In this document: piece by piece, positions 29,402 through 39,649 of the stretch
How the letters are laid out: every line of letters begins with the position of its first letter
Numbering within the stretch: position 1 is the stretch's first letter
Assembly: GCA_048939995.1 (NCBI GenBank)
Contig: JBHLOY010000001.1
Location: 471,265 to 535,264 of the forward strand
DNA from: Promethearchaeota archaeon
GTDB lineage: Archaea > Asgardarchaeota > Lokiarchaeia > Sigyniarchaeales > SOKP01
Length of the DNA stretch: 64,000 bases
Direction of reading: 5' to 3'
The notes under the pieces: generated by a model
What the model was told of the DNA's origin: nothing
What the model saw: the letters and a program-made list of their open reading frames with translations, nothing else
Databases searched by the model: none
Translations under genes and position numbers: made by a program

Positions 29402-30195
29402 AAGTTAATAACCTCCATATAGATTTGTTCTAAATTTAAAAAATAAACCAAAAATATTATGAAACTTAAAGTTGAAAGAAGCATAAAATAGTCATATAAT
29501 TTAAGCTTTCTCGGAGCAAATGTAAGTTTTCCAGTAAAACCCCTCAATTTTAAACTCTCATATAGCTTCTCGCTACGCTCCATATTATTCACAAGATTTT
29601 TTCCCATTATAAATCCATGTGTTCTAACCCTTTGCCAATAAGTTGCTATATTTTTGCCTCTTAGCTCTTGTGCATCGAGCACTCTTTTATTAGAAATTGC
29701 AAGGATTGGGATATAATGAAGCATTATTACTATGCTCCCTACGATAAATGAAGGAATAATTCTGATTCTAGTTAAAGCATCGATAAATTCAGAATATGTT
29801 AAAGAAGAAAAAAATGTAAGAAAAGTAAAAGCAGCACCAACAATCCTAAAAAGCAAAAGAAAGGCCATTTGTATTCCTTCTAAATAAACGTTTAAGATAA
29901 TTCCTATATTTATTTGGAATAAGATAGTATGGCCAAAATAGAATGGTATAAAAATACAAACGATGAATAGAAAGGGAATGAGAATTTTTAATCGTGAAAT
30001 GACTTTTAATAAATGTAATTTGGAAAAGACATTGATACAAACTACTAGAAAAATGATTGTTATGGCGAGATACATATCATTGAATATTAAAAATGGTAAT
30101 ACGAGAATAAAGGGTATTAAAAATCGGATGATAGGGTGAAATTTGTTGAAGAAATTTCTCTCGTTTTCAGTTTTGAATGGTAAATCTGGTTTCAT
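29389..30195 (-). CDS. cbiQ: ECF transporter T component
   Basis: Multi-TM with AQELRG and SLKLRGF motifs. Confidence 0.88.
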   Translation of the reverse strand: MKPDLPFKTENERNFFNKFHPIIRFLIPFILVLPFLIFNDMYLAITIIFLVVCINVFSKLHLLKVISRLKILIPFLFIVCIFIPFYFGHTILFQINIGIILNVYLEGIQMAFLLLFRIVGAAFTFLTFFSSLTYSEFIDALTRIRIIPSFIVGSIVIMLHYIPILAISNKRVLDAQELRGKNIATYWQRVRTHGFIMGKNLVNNMERSEKLYESLKLRGFTGKLTFAPRKLKLYDYFMLLSTLSFIIFLVYFLNLEQIYMEVINLFLQ

Positions 30196-30229
30196 TTGAG
30201 CATTACCTGATTAGCCAACATTTTTTTCG

Positions 30230-30250
30230 TAGTATTAAAAAATAATACTA
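30230..30250. promoter_or_regulatory. inverted repeat between divergent cbiQ and cbiM, candidate operator
   Basis: TAGTATTA-AAAAA-TAATACTA. Confidence 0.3.
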
Positions 30251-30316
30251 AATTATAAAATAATAATATTTTCTAAATTTAAAACTAAATGGTAATAATA
30301 AATAGGAAATCATAAA

Positions 30317-30988
30317 ATGCATTTACCAGATGGTTTGCTGGACCCAATAACTACTTTAGTACTTTGGTTAGTTATAGTTCTTATTATGATAGTAGGTTAT
30401 TTTAAGATGGGAAAGTTTTTTCAGAAAGAAGATTCTGAGAAACTTATACCTTACATTGGCGTTTTAGCAGCGGTTATTTTTGCATTTCAATTTGTTAACT
30501 ATCCTATACCTGGTGGTACATCGGGTCATTTAGTGGGTGGAACGTTAGTTGCAGTTATTTTAGGACCTTGGGCGTCTTTAATAGTTCTCTTTCTAATCCT
30601 TGTTATACAAAGCTTATTTGGAGATGGGGGTATTACTGCTTTAGGGCCAAATGCTTTCAATATGGGGGTAATAGGAGGGATTGTTGGATTTTATTTAGTG
30701 ATTTTTTTCTTAAAGTTATTGAATAAGACCTCGTTAAAAAAAGAGGCAAAAGTGACTATATCAACTGCTATAGGATCCTATCTATCTATTATTTTTGCCT
30801 CTTTAGTGTGTGGAATTGAGATTAGTATTGCGGGAGTTATTCCAATTGGAATTTCAGTACCAGTGATGGTTTTTTGGCATTTAATCATCGGCATTGGGGA
30901 AGCGATTATTTCTGCTTTAATTATCTTCTTTATTTATAAAACAAAACCAAATTTTATAATAACTGAATCAATTTTGGGGGTAAAATAA
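30317..30988 (+). CDS. cbiM: Co/Ni ECF S component CbiM/NikM
   Basis: N-terminal MHLPDG; GTSGHLVGG and FGDGGITALG motifs. Confidence 0.93.
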   Translation: MHLPDGLLDPITTLVLWLVIVLIMIVGYFKMGKFFQKEDSEKLIPYIGVLAAVIFAFQFVNYPIPGGTSGHLVGGTLVAVILGPWASLIVLFLILVIQSLFGDGGITALGPNAFNMGVIGGIVGFYLVIFFLKLLNKTSLKKEAKVTISTAIGSYLSIIFASLVCGIEISIAGVIPIGISVPVMVFWHLIIGIGEAIISALIIFFIYKTKPNFIITESILGVK

Positions 30989-30994
30989 ATAATT

Positions 30995-31306
30995 ATGAAC
31001 ATTGGGCAATATCGGAGACCGTTAATGATAGTTCTCATAGTTGCAATGGGACTAATATTGGTGATCGCTATAGGTTTTCCATTAGGATTTCTTTCTCAAA
31101 ATCCCGATGGATTAGAGAGAGTTTTAATTGATTATAATGGAGAATCTTGGCTTGAAAATTTATTTTCACCATGGATACCCTTTCTATCTTGGATTGAGAA
31201 TGAGTATATTGCGGGGATTATAGGTATAATCCTCACGATGACTATAATTATTTCAGTCTTTTATTTAATTACATTCCTAAAAAGAAGGAAAATAGAAAGA
31301 AACTAA
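30995..31306 (+). CDS. PDGLE-domain protein (NikN/CbiN-like)
   Basis: NPDGLERV between two TM helices. Confidence 0.85.
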   Translation: MNIGQYRRPLMIVLIVAMGLILVIAIGFPLGFLSQNPDGLERVLIDYNGESWLENLFSPWIPFLSWIENEYIAGIIGIILTMTIIISVFYLITFLKRRKIERN

Positions 31307-31330
31307 TTTAAATGAAAATTTATTTTTTCA

Positions 31331-31930
31331 ATGCAGATATTCTTTTTCATCAAATCTAGAAGCGTTGATATTACTCATTATACAATTAAGGATATTCCGG
31401 GTTCTTCTGGAAGATTGGATGTAATTTCAAGGTGTATTTTGGCAGCTATATTGAATGAAAATGGATTTAAGAATAATATACAAGTATGGGTATTTCTAGA
31501 AAATTATGGTACATATATCTTTCAACCGAAAGCATTGGATTTTTATCTATTTCCCAAGAGTGAAATATTGCTTACTGATTATTTTGTAGACATAATAAAA
31601 AATAAGAAAGGTAAGTCAAAATATTCAAATAATCCTCTTAAAAATGTTGTATTTTCCAATAAAGATATTTTAACGTCAATAATCTACTTTCTGAATAAAG
31701 ATTACGCTATATATATACTAAATGAAGAGGGAATGGATTTTTTTGATTATTTAAATGAAATAGTATCAAAAAAGAATATGATATTCATTATTGGGAGTCA
31801 AACTGGTGAGATAATAAAGTCAAAAGAACTAGTTAAGTTGAATCTACCGAATATAAGTCTAGGAACTCAATCGTATTTAGCGTCTTCTGTAATTCGATTA
31901 ATAAGGATAAATTTAGAGTTAAAAATATGA
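31331..31930 (+). CDS. trmY: tRNA pseudouridine54 N1-methyltransferase TrmY-like (SPOUT)
   Basis: DIPGSSGRLDVISRC, FIIGSQTG and ISLG..YLAS motifs. Confidence 0.8.
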   Translation: MQIFFFIKSRSVDITHYTIKDIPGSSGRLDVISRCILAAILNENGFKNNIQVWVFLENYGTYIFQPKALDFYLFPKSEILLTDYFVDIIKNKKGKSKYSNNPLKNVVFSNKDILTSIIYFLNKDYAIYILNEEGMDFFDYLNEIVSKKNMIFIIGSQTGEIIKSKELVKLNLPNISLGTQSYLASSVIRLIRINLELKI

Positions 31931-31988
31931 AAAATTTTTTATTTTAAAAAGTGCTAAAATTAAACATATATCGAAAGCTGAATTTTAA

Positions 31989-32675
31989 TTGAGAGAAGAA
32001 GAGAAAGCAATAACGAAAAGAGAAAATCAAAGGAGGATATTGGATAAATTTATTGATCGCCCAGTGAATTATTTAATAAAGAAAAAGCTTTCTCCTAATT
32101 TCCTTTCTTATATTGGCTTTTTATTCTCAGTTAGCACTGCTTTTTTTATTTCAATAGGAGCACTCCACTTTCCTATCTGGTTGGCGTGGATCGTGCCTTT
32201 TTTAATGTTTTGGGCTGGTGCGTTTGATGTTTTTGACGGGGAGGTAGCAAGACGAACGGGTCATAATTCAAGAGCAGGAGCATTCTTAGATTCTAATTTA
32301 GATCGTGTATCTGATACTATAATTGTTCTAAGTTTAGTATTTGGGAATTATATTGATTATTTATCTGGCTACATCCTTCTTTTTTTAATAATAATGATTT
32401 CTTATATTAGAGCTAGAGCAGAAAACGAAGGAGTAGATATGAAGGGAGTGGGATTTATGGAGAGAGCTGAGAGACTTATAATTATGTGGGGTGCTTTTAT
32501 AACTGAATTTTGGATTTTTTATTTATCAAATCTTATATATGGGTTTCCTTTCAAATGGTTTTTACAGATTTTTGTGATTGTATTTATGGGATTACTTGCA
32601 TTAACAATTCTTCAAAGATTTTTTTATTCACTAAAATCCTTACGAAAAATTGATAAACGTATTAAAATCTTTTAG
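31989..32675 (+). CDS. CDP-alcohol phosphatidyltransferase (archaetidylinositol phosphate synthase-like)
   Basis: DVFDGEVAR...GAFLDSNLDRVSD, SYIRARAE and GFMERAER motifs. Confidence 0.92.
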   Translation: MREEEKAITKRENQRRILDKFIDRPVNYLIKKKLSPNFLSYIGFLFSVSTAFFISIGALHFPIWLAWIVPFLMFWAGAFDVFDGEVARRTGHNSRAGAFLDSNLDRVSDTIIVLSLVFGNYIDYLSGYILLFLIIMISYIRARAENEGVDMKGVGFMERAERLIIMWGAFITEFWIFYLSNLIYGFPFKWFLQIFVIVFMGLLALTILQRFFYSLKSLRKIDKRIKIF

Positions 32676-32765
32676 AGTTGTTAAAAAACCCGATGAAAGA
32701 ATAAATTTTTTAAGGTTTAGCTTATTCAAATACCTAGAAATAAGATACTAGAAAGGCTGATTTTA

Positions 32766-33038
32766 ATTCCCAAAAAGAGAAGAAGTGGCGGTAAAAGCGG
32801 TTCAAGAAAGGGGCAATATTCAAAGGTGCAATGCGCTAATTGCGGGCGTTTTGTTGCCCGAAGTAAAGCTAAAGCAGTTACTAGAAGGGTTTCGTTGGTA
32901 GATGGTAGAATGTATGCTGAATTAAAAAAGACAGGAACAATCATACAAGCCCCTAGTAAAACAAAATATTATTGTATCAGTTGCGCAATTCACCAGCATA
33001 CAATAAGCCAAAGAGATAAGAATTTAAGAAAAGGATGA
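32766..33038 (+). CDS. rps26e: 30S ribosomal protein eS26 (probable ATT start)
   Basis: (M)PKKRRSGG...VQCANCGR...YYCISCAIH; the conserved N-terminus lies 20 codons upstream of the listed GTG. Confidence 0.92.
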   Translation: MPKKRRSGGKSGSRKGQYSKVQCANCGRFVARSKAKAVTRRVSLVDGRMYAELKKTGTIIQAPSKTKYYCISCAIHQHTISQRDKNLRKG

Positions 33039-33133
33039 ATATCCATCCGAATTAGTTGATTAAACTTGATCTAAATTCTTTAGAGGAGTTTACTTATAGT
33101 TAATTTAATTTTTTTTATTGGTATAGAGAGTGA

Positions 33134-35128
33134 CTATAGATTAAGCGCCTTAAAGAATGAGGGTAAAGAATACACTATTTCGCAAGTTTCTTCACTTAAA
33201 ACTTCAATAATTGCGCGTATTAAATATATTTCTTTTAAATCGGGCGTAGGTTTATAGATTTTAACTTTCACATTTGAATTTAGTTTTAGAGAATAATTTT
33301 CAGCAATACCAGTCAATTTTTCCTCACTCTTTACTATGATACCTAATAAGCCCAACTCATAATGGGATACAATAAAAAGATAATTATTTCCCTTTCGATT
33401 TTCTAATTTTTCAAAGTGAACTACTTCCAAATAATCCTCTTGAAGCTCTTTAGGTAACTTATTGAATGGGATTACTTTTTTCTTTCCTGAAATATATGGA
33501 AAAGGCGTATAGAACAAAATATTGAAACTTGAAATTTTTTTAATTTGTTCATTGTACTTTTCAACATCCTTCACAGAATATGCCTGCTCTAATAATAAAT
33601 CCAACTTATCAACCATCATATCTTCTGCAGAATATCCGTTCAATACAGTTGCGATATAAGCTCGTTTTAGTTTCTCTATCAAAACATCACTTCTTACGGT
33701 TAATTTGTAATCGATACTTATTTCTAGAGCCTCGTTATAAAGATTTGCGGCCAATTGCGAGTGACCAAGAGCAAGAAAATAATCACCAAGTTCACTAAAT
33801 ACAATTATAGCATCCAAAAAGTTTTTCTCAAAGTCTAAATTTGATACTTCTTGCATTATTCCCATAGCTGTATTTCTTTCTTTACCTTGGATATAAAGAG
33901 CTATAGCTTTTCCAATTAAACATTTTAATTTTAATTTATCATCTTTATATATATCGGCAAGTTCTTCAGTAAAGTTATAGGCCAAAAGCGCATTATCATA
34001 TAATCCATGAAATAGAAGTATTAAGGCTTTAACGTAGTTTAATGTTAGACAAGTTTGATGATTATGAATAATTATAGAAAAGAATGCTGCTCTTTCAAGT
34101 GAATTGATAGCGGAATTGATCCTTCCTAATGAGACTAAAATGAAAGCGCGTAAAAATTCCATTTTTGAAATCTCAGAACATATAAGAGCCTCAACTATTT
34201 CATAATCCTTTACTTTACTCAGTTTTCCCGCAGCTAATTGGAGTAGTGAAACTAAAAATCCATTTCCCTTTTTTAAATATTTAGCAGCTTCATTTGATTC
34301 ATTCTTAACTATTGCTTCACGTGTTCTTTTGAGATATTCTCGTGCAATTTTTAAATTTTCAAGAAAATTCTGAATGCCACGAATCTTATCAATATCATTG
34401 TTAGATAATTTTTGCTCTTCAATATATTTTTCTGCAACAATAACTTCCTCTGCATGTCTACTTACTCCTATTTCAAACTTCATTTGTTCATCTTTTTTCT
34501 CAAAGAATTGAACGTCCTGGGTCAGTATGGAGTCTTGTGTAACATTTATGGCTTTTTCAATAAGCCATTGTATTTTCTGTTCAGCTGGGTAAACATGTGC
34601 GCGCTCAATCATATAATGAAGGGTATAATTGAGACTTTTTCTCCAGAGATCCTTAAAATAATTCCTTAGCTGTTTATTTGGTATCGTTCTATTTATTTTG
34701 AGGAGGAAGCTTGAAAGAGATAGGATATTAACCTTGCTCCTCAAAATAGAGGCTGCATTTTTCGCTAACTTAAAATCATCAGTAACTAGATGGATTGCCG
34801 TATCGTCATCTAATAATCGTTCACTCAAAGCAATTAAGGATAAATCAGGATCTTGAGCAGGAAACTTTATATTTGATTTATCTAGTTCATCCTTGATCAT
34901 CTTAATTTCAGATTGCAAAATCTTCTCAACATTTATGAACTTTTTGAATCTTTCCTTAAAAGTAAGAGGTGCTTTAATTTCATTGAAAACATCATCAGTT
35001 ATGTAATAAGCTAAGCCTAAATCTTTTCCCGCAATTTCTAGATTCTTTAAAAAGTTTTTAGCTCGGACTGAGATAGCACATATAAAAAAATTTGCGTCAA
35101 AGATGACTTTTTCTCTTGTTTCAACCAT
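33134..35128 (-). CDS. PIN-domain (Nob1-like) protein fused to a TPR-like region
   Basis: VIFDANFFI, V..E, DPDLSLIAL and LVTDDFKL motifs, then helical repeats. Confidence 0.75.
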   Translation of the reverse strand: MVETREKVIFDANFFICAISVRAKNFLKNLEIAGKDLGLAYYITDDVFNEIKAPLTFKERFKKFINVEKILQSEIKMIKDELDKSNIKFPAQDPDLSLIALSERLLDDDTAIHLVTDDFKLAKNAASILRSKVNILSLSSFLLKINRTIPNKQLRNYFKDLWRKSLNYTLHYMIERAHVYPAEQKIQWLIEKAINVTQDSILTQDVQFFEKKDEQMKFEIGVSRHAEEVIVAEKYIEEQKLSNNDIDKIRGIQNFLENLKIAREYLKRTREAIVKNESNEAAKYLKKGNGFLVSLLQLAAGKLSKVKDYEIVEALICSEISKMEFLRAFILVSLGRINSAINSLERAAFFSIIIHNHQTCLTLNYVKALILLFHGLYDNALLAYNFTEELADIYKDDKLKLKCLIGKAIALYIQGKERNTAMGIMQEVSNLDFEKNFLDAIIVFSELGDYFLALGHSQLAANLYNEALEISIDYKLTVRSDVLIEKLKRAYIATVLNGYSAEDMMVDKLDLLLEQAYSVKDVEKYNEQIKKISSFNILFYTPFPYISGKKKVIPFNKLPKELQEDYLEVVHFEKLENRKGNNYLFIVSHYELGLLGIIVKSEEKLTGIAENYSLKLNSNVKVKIYKPTPDLKEIYLIRAIIEVLSEETCEIVYSLPSFFKALNL

Positions 35129-35309
35129 AATTCGAAATTTTCATCGGTTTTTTCTAAATCCTTGAAAAAAATTTTTACAAATATAGTATAGATTAATTGT
35201 TTATATTGTTGTTTTTTTGATTAATTTTAATATATTTAGGGACAATTTTTAATATTAATAATTTTAGAAAATTTGATTTTTGTTATAAGATCATGAGAGG
35301 TAGGCTAAT

Positions 35310-35813
35310 TTGATTGTTTTATCTGTAATTGGTCATTCTGGAAGTGGTAAAACTTATTTAATTACAAAAGCAATTAAATTGTTAAAGAATCAACTTAACC
35401 TAAATAGTTCAGTTATTAAAAACATTCATGAACATAAGATAGATATAGAGGGGAAAGATTCGCATAGATTTATTGATGCTGGAGCTCAATATTCAGTCAT
35501 TAGAAATAGGTTAGATGAAAATGCAATTTTCTTTAACAAAAAGGTTGAATTGCATAAGTTAATAGAATGGATTAAAGGAGGTCCATTTAAAACTGATATA
35601 ATATTCATTGAGGGGTTTAGAAATTTACGTTTCCCAACCATCCTTTGTATTAAAGAATTATCTGAAGTTAGTTCTCAACTTACAAATAAAGTAAAAATGA
35701 TCTCGGGTTTTATTACCGCAAATAGAGCTCGATTTCAAACTGAAACAGGTATACCTGTTGTAGATATTGTTAATGACTTTGAAAGGTTCTTGAATATTTT
35801 TAAGATTAAATAG
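35310..35813 (+). CDS. mobB: molybdopterin-guanine dinucleotide biosynthesis protein B
   Basis: GHSGSGKT, D.EGKDS.RF..AGA and IEGF motifs. Confidence 0.88.
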   Translation: MIVLSVIGHSGSGKTYLITKAIKLLKNQLNLNSSVIKNIHEHKIDIEGKDSHRFIDAGAQYSVIRNRLDENAIFFNKKVELHKLIEWIKGGPFKTDIIFIEGFRNLRFPTILCIKELSEVSSQLTNKVKMISGFITANRARFQTETGIPVVDIVNDFERFLNIFKIK

Positions 35814-35831
35814 ATTTGCCAAATTTAATTT

Positions 35832-37772
35832 CTAGGGTTTATACCAGAAACTTGTGAGCTGTCGACAAATCCGTTTGAAATTTTCTTTCACTTCCTGATT
35901 TTCCTCAGAAATTTGATCAACCATATAAACACTTAATTGTTTATAGATCTCATTTTTATCTTTAGAATCTTTAATAAGTGCCCTAATTTGAGATAGATAA
36001 TCATTTAATGGTGAAATTATCTCTTTTATTAGCCATTCTTCAAATGACTTTTGATCACTATCAGAAATAAAATTATAAGTAATTACAAATCTTGCAATAT
36101 CTATAAAATCATAAAAATTCTCATTTGATAACAGTTTTGGTGAAACCTCAACATTATAAGAATGTAAATCATCAAAAAGATAATCTTTATTCATACTAAT
36201 TATATAATCGGGCCAAACATCATCTGAAACGTTTAAATCTTGAAAAATGAATAATTCTAGTACTCTTAGAGCAATGTTTTTTCCAATGTACCTACTTCTT
36301 GGGTCAATAAAATTTTTAGATGCTTGGTTGGGATTATTTCTAATAAAGATCTTATCAATCAATGTATATAACATACGACAGATATGGTCTATTATAATCG
36401 TAAATGAGAATGGTTTATTATCTGGATTTTCTTCAATTATTTTGTTCTCTTGGTCAATTAACCTTAAAATTTTTTGATTTAAACTTCTTAAGAATGTTCT
36501 AAAAAATTCATAATTCAAATGGTTAATTTGCTTATCAAAGATTTTGAGAAAGAATAGATCAAAATTATCAAAATTAGATATTGATGCAAAGAAATCTAAG
36601 AAACTTTGTATATCCTTAATAGTAGAGGCATTAATGACTTTTTTCCCTTTTTTATTGTACTCATTTAACTTTGATGAAAATTCTCCTGGCAAAAAAAGTA
36701 AATCACCAACCTCAAAAACTTCTAAATTTCCACTCCCAAAATAATACTTCATATATAATAGAAATAAGTTAAATTGAGCCTTAGCTGAGGGTAGGTTATT
36801 TGCTTGAAAAGTAGAATACAAAGTTGATTTTTTATCTATAAAATCAAAAATTTTTAGGAGTGCATTTTTCTTTTCATCCGTATAGTTAAAATTTACCAGG
36901 AAGTCTCTTTTGATCACATCAATTTTGGAATAAACTGAGTCTTCAACACGAGCACAAACGAAATTAAAAAAATCTAATAATGGAGAAAAATTTTGAAGTA
37001 AATTACATTTTTTATAGAAATAATACAACAGATCAACTAATCTCTCTTTAGCAAAAGGGTATTCTTCTAACGCGATTTGATATAATCTTTCTCTTCCTTG
37101 TAATAGTTTATCGTAATATTCATCTGGGATACCCGTATAATGCTTCAGAAAGTAATAAAGAAACATAAAGTAATAACTTTCAAACATTTCATCATTACTA
37201 TCCTTAATGACAATAAGAAAGTTAATAGTACTGTCTTCTCCACTATTTTTTATCACTGCTCCATCCAAGGTTACATGAAATTTTTCTTTTAAAAGTTTTC
37301 TTAAGATTGCTCCTAGTATTGACACAATTAAATAAATATACCCAAAAGGAGAGGTTATACCGTTAATATGATTATTTACTTTTCTTTTTAGGTCATTAAA
37401 ATATTTGACTTCTTCGCGTGATAAATGATAGTTATATTCGAGGAATACATTATCTTCTGAGATTTTTTCTTTACTTCTCAATTCTAGTGAATTAAGATCA
37501 AGCCCGCAAAAACTCTGTAAATAGTAGGTAAAATAATCATGAAATTTCTGATAAAGAAAAGTACCATAGGTTTTTGTAATTATCCTTCTTTGGTTCTTTA
37601 TTCTGAATTCTTCCCATTCAGATATAATCTTCAGTTTGAAATTATTAAACGTTCCTTCATTTTTTTTTAAAATATCGAAAAAAATGTTCGAATTGAGTTT
37701 AAGGGTAAACCTATCTCCCTTAAAATTCTCCCCTATCAATTGCAAAATATTATTCAGTTTAGGTGGTTCCAA
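35832..37772 (-). CDS. hypothetical protein (646 aa)
   Basis: Long ORF; no motif recognised. Confidence 0.75.
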   Translation of the reverse strand: MEPPKLNNILQLIGENFKGDRFTLKLNSNIFFDILKKNEGTFNNFKLKIISEWEEFRIKNQRRIITKTYGTFLYQKFHDYFTYYLQSFCGLDLNSLELRSKEKISEDNVFLEYNYHLSREEVKYFNDLKRKVNNHINGITSPFGYIYLIVSILGAILRKLLKEKFHVTLDGAVIKNSGEDSTINFLIVIKDSNDEMFESYYFMFLYYFLKHYTGIPDEYYDKLLQGRERLYQIALEEYPFAKERLVDLLYYFYKKCNLLQNFSPLLDFFNFVCARVEDSVYSKIDVIKRDFLVNFNYTDEKKNALLKIFDFIDKKSTLYSTFQANNLPSAKAQFNLFLLYMKYYFGSGNLEVFEVGDLLFLPGEFSSKLNEYNKKGKKVINASTIKDIQSFLDFFASISNFDNFDLFFLKIFDKQINHLNYEFFRTFLRSLNQKILRLIDQENKIIEENPDNKPFSFTIIIDHICRMLYTLIDKIFIRNNPNQASKNFIDPRSRYIGKNIALRVLELFIFQDLNVSDDVWPDYIISMNKDYLFDDLHSYNVEVSPKLLSNENFYDFIDIARFVITYNFISDSDQKSFEEWLIKEIISPLNDYLSQIRALIKDSKDKNEIYKQLSVYMVDQISEENQEVKENFKRICRQLTSFWYKP

Positions 37773-37932
37773 AATTAACTCAAGTTAAACTAATTTTTTT
37801 ATGCTATTATCCAATAACCCTAAATAATATATCAAAAGTATATAAATAAAATGATATTCAAGAAATAAAAATGTTAACTATATAATCTGAAATTATAAAA
37901 AGATCATAAAATAATTTTTAGTCATTTTTTTT

Positions 37933-38973
37933 TCATATGAAAATTTTTGTAATTTCATCAATTTCAGAGTATTCAAGAGGCTTTTTGAGGTTGTTTCTGT
38001 CTAAAATCATGGCTTTTTGATTCTTTGAGGTGAAATTGCCAATTTTATCTGCTTTTATATCATTTCTTTTTAAATAATCAACTAGTTCCAAGGCAGATTC
38101 ATCTTTAATCGAAATTAACAAAGATCCAGAAGAGATTGTACCCATTGGATTTAAATTGAAAATTCTACTCAACTCTAAGGGCTCTGGTAGGATTTTGATT
38201 TTCTTTTCATTAACAAGAACACCAATGTTAGAAGCAAGAACCATTTCAGTTATACCTGTTGCCAATCCACCTTCAGTGGGATCGTGCATTCCATTAATTT
38301 TGAAATTCTGATTAGCCAAAAGAGCTTCCCTATGAATACTTATACCTGGATTAAATAAGTAATTTTTACATTTTTCTGTAAATTTTCTGCTATATCCATG
38401 TTCAAGCAAAAATTTTTCCTTTTCTCTCCCAATGATAGACGTTCCTTCGATAAAAATGCCTTTAGTTAGAATAAGTGCATCACTTTGCTTTATATTAGAT
38501 GATGTTACTAATTTTTCTTTCTCGACTTCCCCTAGCAATGATCCTATTACAATAGGTCTATCGATACCGACCGTTACCTCTGTATGTCCTCCTATTACGG
38601 ATATATTTAGCGAATCACAGGTGTCATGAATACTTTTAAAAATAGATTCTATTAAATCTTCATTTGTTTTACTTTCTGGTAATAAAATAGTCGATTGAAA
38701 CCACTTAGGAGTGGCTCCAGTACATACAACGTCGTTTACATTAACTATTACAGAATAATAACCAATTTCATCGGTAACAAAGGTAACTGGGTCAGTTTTA
38801 GCGACAAGTAGTCGATCTCCGATGTCAATTACTGCCGCATCTTCCCCAATTTTAGATCCTAGAATTATTCTCTTATCTTTAATTTCCAAATCTGATACAA
38901 AATTTTTAAGTAGTTTTCTTAAAAGTTCATGTTTTAACTTCCCGATACCGAAAAATCTATTATTGTTTTTCAT
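37933..38973 (-). CDS. AIR synthase-related (PurM/HypE-like) protein
   Basis: GEDAAV, KTDP, NVND, GGHTEV and MHDPTEGG motifs. Confidence 0.88.
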   Translation of the reverse strand: MKNNNRFFGIGKLKHELLRKLLKNFVSDLEIKDKRIILGSKIGEDAAVIDIGDRLLVAKTDPVTFVTDEIGYYSVIVNVNDVVCTGATPKWFQSTILLPESKTNEDLIESIFKSIHDTCDSLNISVIGGHTEVTVGIDRPIVIGSLLGEVEKEKLVTSSNIKQSDALILTKGIFIEGTSIIGREKEKFLLEHGYSRKFTEKCKNYLFNPGISIHREALLANQNFKINGMHDPTEGGLATGITEMVLASNIGVLVNEKKIKILPEPLELSRIFNLNPMGTISSGSLLISIKDESALELVDYLKRNDIKADKIGNFTSKNQKAMILDRNNLKKPLEYSEIDEITKIFI

Positions 38974-39149
38974 CTTATAACACTTCTAAGAAGAAAAATT
39001 TCATTTTAAAGATTTTATGCTAGACAAATGATTTGATGCAGAATCTAGATTTAAATACAAACAATATTTGGTCTTAATTAAATTTAAATAGTTTTGAAGT
39101 TGTATTTATACATAAAATTATTTATAAAGCCTTAGAGAGACTGAGAAAA

Positions 39150-39626
39150 ATGGGTTTTGGCAAAGCTTTTGGATTTAGTTTACTTGCATATATAGGTCTT
39201 AATTTCCTTTTTGTAATAATTACAAACACTATTACAGGGGAATTAAATACTTTATTCGGTGATATTGCGGCTAATCCATTAATTCTGTTTATTATTTTAC
39301 TTGGCCCTGTTACCGAAACACCAACATTAGTTTATGCATCTATAATTTCAGGTCCTTTTGATGCGGGGGTAATAGTAGAATATATTGGCTATATCGCCGC
39401 TCCACTTGTAGCAGCAATAATCGCGGGTAAAGTAGGCGATAATAAAGCGGGAAGTTTCTTAGGATGGTTTATAACAACGATATTGATGGCAATTATTTTA
39501 ATTATGCTAGTTATTTTTTCCATATTAGTAGGAATGACAACTTTTGAAGTTTTAATTTTAGCCGCAATAAATGGTATCTTTTATGGTACTTTTGCTTTAT
39601 TATTTACTACTACAGAATATTATTAA
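39150..39626 (+). CDS. membrane protein
   Basis: Several hydrophobic helices. Confidence 0.7.
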   Translation: MGFGKAFGFSLLAYIGLNFLFVIITNTITGELNTLFGDIAANPLILFIILLGPVTETPTLVYASIISGPFDAGVIVEYIGYIAAPLVAAIIAGKVGDNKAGSFLGWFITTILMAIILIMLVIFSILVGMTTFEVLILAAINGIFYGTFALLFTTTEYY

Positions 39627-39649
39627 TTTTCTTAAATTTTACTTTTATT

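Noticed and set aside
37933-38973. Selenophosphate synthetase SelD or true HypE
   Set aside because: No N-terminal Cys/Sec-x-x-Lys motif and no C-terminal PRIC; only the PurM-like fold is supported
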